Positions 59,901 to 64,000 of a DNA stretch of 64,000 nucleotides are shown in pieces. Every line of letters begins with the position of its first letter. Position 1 is the first letter of the stretch. Source of the DNA: Octopus sinensis (taxonomy: Eukaryota); the NCBI RefSeq assembly GCF_006345805.1, contig NC_043015.1, forward strand, positions 38,564,001 to 38,628,000, written 5' to 3'. The translations under genes were made by a program, and so were the position numbers. The notes under the pieces were generated by a model. The model was not told the origin of the DNA and ran no database searches. It was given only the letters and a program-made list of their open reading frames with translations.

Positions 59901-62840
59901 CACTGCCACCACCACCATCACTGCCACCACCACCACCACTGCCACCACCACCATCACTGCCACCATCACCACCACTGCCACCACCACCACCACCATTTCT
60001 CCATCACCATCACCACCACTGCCACCACCACCATCACTGCCACCACCACCACCACTGCCACCACCACACCACTTCCACCACCACCACCACCATTTCTCCA
60101 TCACCATCACCACCACTGCCACCACCACCACCACTGCCACCACCACCACCACTTCCACCACCACCACCACCATTTCTCCATCACCACCACCATCACTGCC
60201 ACCACCACCACCACTGCCACCACCACCACCACTTCCACCACCAACACCACCATTTCTCCATCACCATCACCACCACTGCCACCACCACCACCACTGCCAC
60301 CCCACCACCACTGCCACCACCACCACATGCCACCACCACCACCACTGCCACCACCACCACCACTGCCACCCACCACCACTCCACCACCACCACCACCATT
60401 TCTCCATCACCATCACCACCACTGCCACCACCACCATCACTGCCACCACCCCACCACTGCCACCACCACCACCACTTCCACCACCACCACACCATTTCTC
60501 CATCACCATCAGAACCACTGACCACCACCACCACTGCCACCACCACCACCACTTCCACCACCACCACCACCATTTCTCCATCCCATCACCACACTGCCAC
60601 CACCACAACCACTGCCACCACCACCACTTCCACCACCACCACCACCATTTCTCCATCACCACCACCATCACTGCCACCACCACCACCACTGCCACCACCA
60701 CCACCACTTCCACACCACCACCAACATTTCTCCATCACCATCCACCCCACTGCCACCACCACCACCACTGCCACCACCACCACCACTTCCACACCACCAC
60801 CACCATTCTCCATCACCATCAGAACCACTGCACCACCACCACCACTGCCACCACCACCACCACTTCCACCACCACACCACCATTTCTCCATCACCATCAC
60901 CACCACTGCCACCACCACAACCACTGCCACCACCACCACCACTTCCACCACCACCACCACCATTTCTCCATCACCACCACCATCACTGCCACCACCACCA
61001 CCACTGCCACCACACCCCCACTTCCACCACCACCACCAACATTTCTCCATCACCATCCCCACCACTGCCACCACCACCAACCACTGCCACCACCACCACC
61101 ACCATTTCTCCATCACCATCACACACCACTGCCACCACCACCACCACTGCCACCACCACCACCACCATTTTCCATCACCATCCCCACCATGCCACCACCA
61201 CCATCCACTGCCACCACCACCACCACTGCCCCCCCCCCACCCACCACCATTTCTCCATCCCCATCACCCACCACTGCCCCACCACCACCATCCCTGCCAC
61301 CACCCCCCCCCATTTCTCCATCACCATCACCACCACTGCCACCACCACCACCACTTCCCCACCACCCACCACCCCATTTTCCATCACCACACCACCACTG
61401 CCCCACCACCCCACCACTGCACACCACCATCACTGCCACCACCACCACACTGCCACCCCACCACCACTGCCACCACCACCACCACTGCCACCACCACCCA
61501 CCACTGCCACCACCCCACCACTGCCCCCCACCACCACTGCCCCACCACCCCCATTTCTCCATCACCATCACCCCCACTGCCACCCACCACCACCACTGCC
61601 ACCACCACCCCATCACTGCCACCACCACCACCTGCCACCACCACCACCACTGCCACCACCACCACCACCATTTCTCCATCACCATCACCACCACTGCCAC
61701 CACCACCACCACTGCCACCACCACCACCACTGCCACCACCACCACCACCATTTCTCCATCACCATCACCACCACTGCCACCACCACCACCACTGCCACCA
61801 CCACCACCACTGCACCACACCACCACCATTTCTCATCACCATCACCACCACTGCCACCACCACCACCCCTGCCACCACCACCATCACTGCCACCACCACC
61901 ACCACTGCCACCACCACACTGCCACCACCACCACCACCACTGCCACCACACCACCATGCCACCACCACCACCACCATTTCTCCATCACCATCACCACCAC
62001 GCCACCACCACCACCACTGCCACCACCACCACCACCATTTCTCCATCACCATCACCACCACTGCCACCACCACCACCACTGCCACCACCACCACCACCAT
62101 TTCTCCATCACCATCACCACCACTGCCACCACCACCACCACTGCCACCACCACCACCACCATTTCTCCATCACCACCATCATCACTGCCACCACCACCAT
62201 CACTGCAACCACCACCACCACTGCCACCACCACCACCACCATTTCTCCATCACCATCACCACCACTGCCACCACCACCACCACTGCCACCACCACCACCA
62301 CCCCATTTCTCCATCACCATCACCACAGCCACCACCACCACCACTGCCACCACCACCACCACTGCCACCACCACCACCACTGCCACCACCACCACCACTT
62401 CCACCACCACCACCACCATTTCTCCATCACCATCACCACCACTGCCACCACCACCACCACTGCCACCACCACCACCACCATTCTCCATCACCACCATCAT
62501 CACTGCCACACCACCATCACTGCAACCACCACCACCACTGCCACCACCACCACCACTGCCACCACCACTGCCACTACCACCATCACTGCCACCACCACCA
62601 CCACTGCCACCACCACCACCACTTCCACCACCACCACCACCATTTCTCCATCACCATCACCACCACTGCCACCACCACCATCACTGCCACCACCACCACC
62701 ACCATTTCTCCATCACCACCACCATCACTGCCACCACCACCACCACTGCCACCACCACCATCACTGCCACCACCACCACCACCATTTCTCCATCACCACC
62801 ACCACCACTGCCACCACCACCACCACTGCCACCACCACTG
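56914..62840. repeat. ~5.9-kb (CCA)n-derived higher-order satellite
   Basis: Built from modules TTTCTCCATCACCATCACCACCA, CTG(CCA)5, CTG(CCA)4TCA and CTT(CCA)n in varying order. Confidence 0.97.
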
Positions 62841-64000
62841 GCCTAAGGTGCCATGCAGTGGAACTGAATCCGGAACCATGTGGTTGGGAAGCAAGCTTCT
62901 TACCACACAGCCATACCTGTACCTTTCAACCTTATGAGACCTCATCGGCAAAATGCAGACTTTACTATACTAACCAAATTAATGATAGGAGAATCACTAA
63001 GTAGATATAGAATGCTGTGAATAATTAGTACAAGTTGATGTGAATAATTAGCACAAAGCCACTTGATTAGTTTTGGGAAGGTGAGTTATTTCACTAAATA
63101 GAAATCTAAATGTTAGGTCAAGCGTGAAAGATTAGGGAAGAGAAAGCGAACATGACTGGCTGAAACCAGTTCTGGCTTTGAGTACAAATGTCTTGTTTTC
63201 ATAAGTTTTATGATCATCCCACCTTTCTTCAACAATTTTCTGGCATAGTGTATCTAGGGCTACATTATTCAATGTGTTTCTTAATAAGAAGGTAAGTTGT
63301 AATTTTCTGGCCGAGGTTATCTTGGAGTGCATTGTCCAACATAACCTTTATTTAAGACAATAAGATGTGATTTGTGGAATAGTTTTGGCTGCTATTTCTG
63401 CAAGCGCCAGTAACCATCAACAGGCTATTTCATGGACATTATTAAGTCAGTAAGAGTTATTTCCCTGCTCCACATAGATGACCTCAAGCCAAGACGGAGC
63501 CTCTTTGTTGATGGCCGTCCTGCTAGAAATAGCAGCCAAATCTCCCCGCCAAATAATAAGGGTCTAGATGTGCTATTTTGTCCTTGAGCAAAACACTTCA
63601 TTTGACTTTGTTTTGGTTGTCTTAGCTTGAAAAAATGATTTGTATCTGTATTTGAAAGGTATGCCTGTCTGTGGAATGCTCAGCCACTCGCATGTGAATT
63701 TCATGAGCTGGCTGTTCCATTGATTGAACCGACTGGAACCGTAGTCGTCGTAAGGAACAGTTTGCCAGTCATGTATGCATGCTTGTCCAGCTCTCAGCTG
63801 TTGGATGGCCATTCCTGCCCTTGCCCTGTGAGAAAACATCTTATACTGTACAACGGACAAAATGAAAAATTTATAGTATGATGTACTCGCGGGACGGAGC
63901 GGTAAAAGTGAATGGGGGATTGCCCGAGTACATTCATTGTGTAGTGGCAGACCCAAAGTATGCGCCGAGAGGAAAGGATTATGTGGAGGACTTTGAGTGG

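Noticed and set aside
56887-63004. 2016-aa, 1450-aa and many minus-strand Gly/Val/Trp ORFs as real proteins
   Set aside because: They arise because the C/A-rich satellite cannot form stop codons. The start is a GTG in flank sequence, there is no domain, and the frames shift with the indel noise.

Overview
AT-rich, repeat-dense eukaryotic genomic DNA. The repeat families and gene content point to a coleoid cephalopod, most likely Octopus (inference). Two host genes are supported, both on the minus strand. (1) TMEM214: coding exons 1-10 (28621 down to 839) chain with consistent GT-AG sites and phases, intron 1 is ~19 kb, and the 3' exons lie beyond the left edge. (2) An intronless 129-aa profilin-4-like gene (47276-46887). 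The rest is mostly mobile DNA: many 5'-truncated RTE-LINE 3' ends with a modular internal minisatellite, three tRNA-derived SINE families, a full-length but dead 1,289-bp mariner, a Helentron-type non-autonomous element, an R4/Dong-like reverse transcriptase remnant and several fold-back elements. There is also a ~5.9-kb (CCA)n-based higher-order satellite that produces spurious >1,400-aa ORFs. The most interesting non-standard signals are a Penelope-type minimal hammerhead ribozyme motif in TMEM214 intron 4, several near-perfect fold-back hairpins (two inside TMEM214 introns, candidate ADAR substrates), the frame-cycling satellite, the orphan profilin, and a few unassigned exon-like segments. 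I found no convincing wholly new multi-gene system. All homology calls come from recalled family motifs, not database searches.
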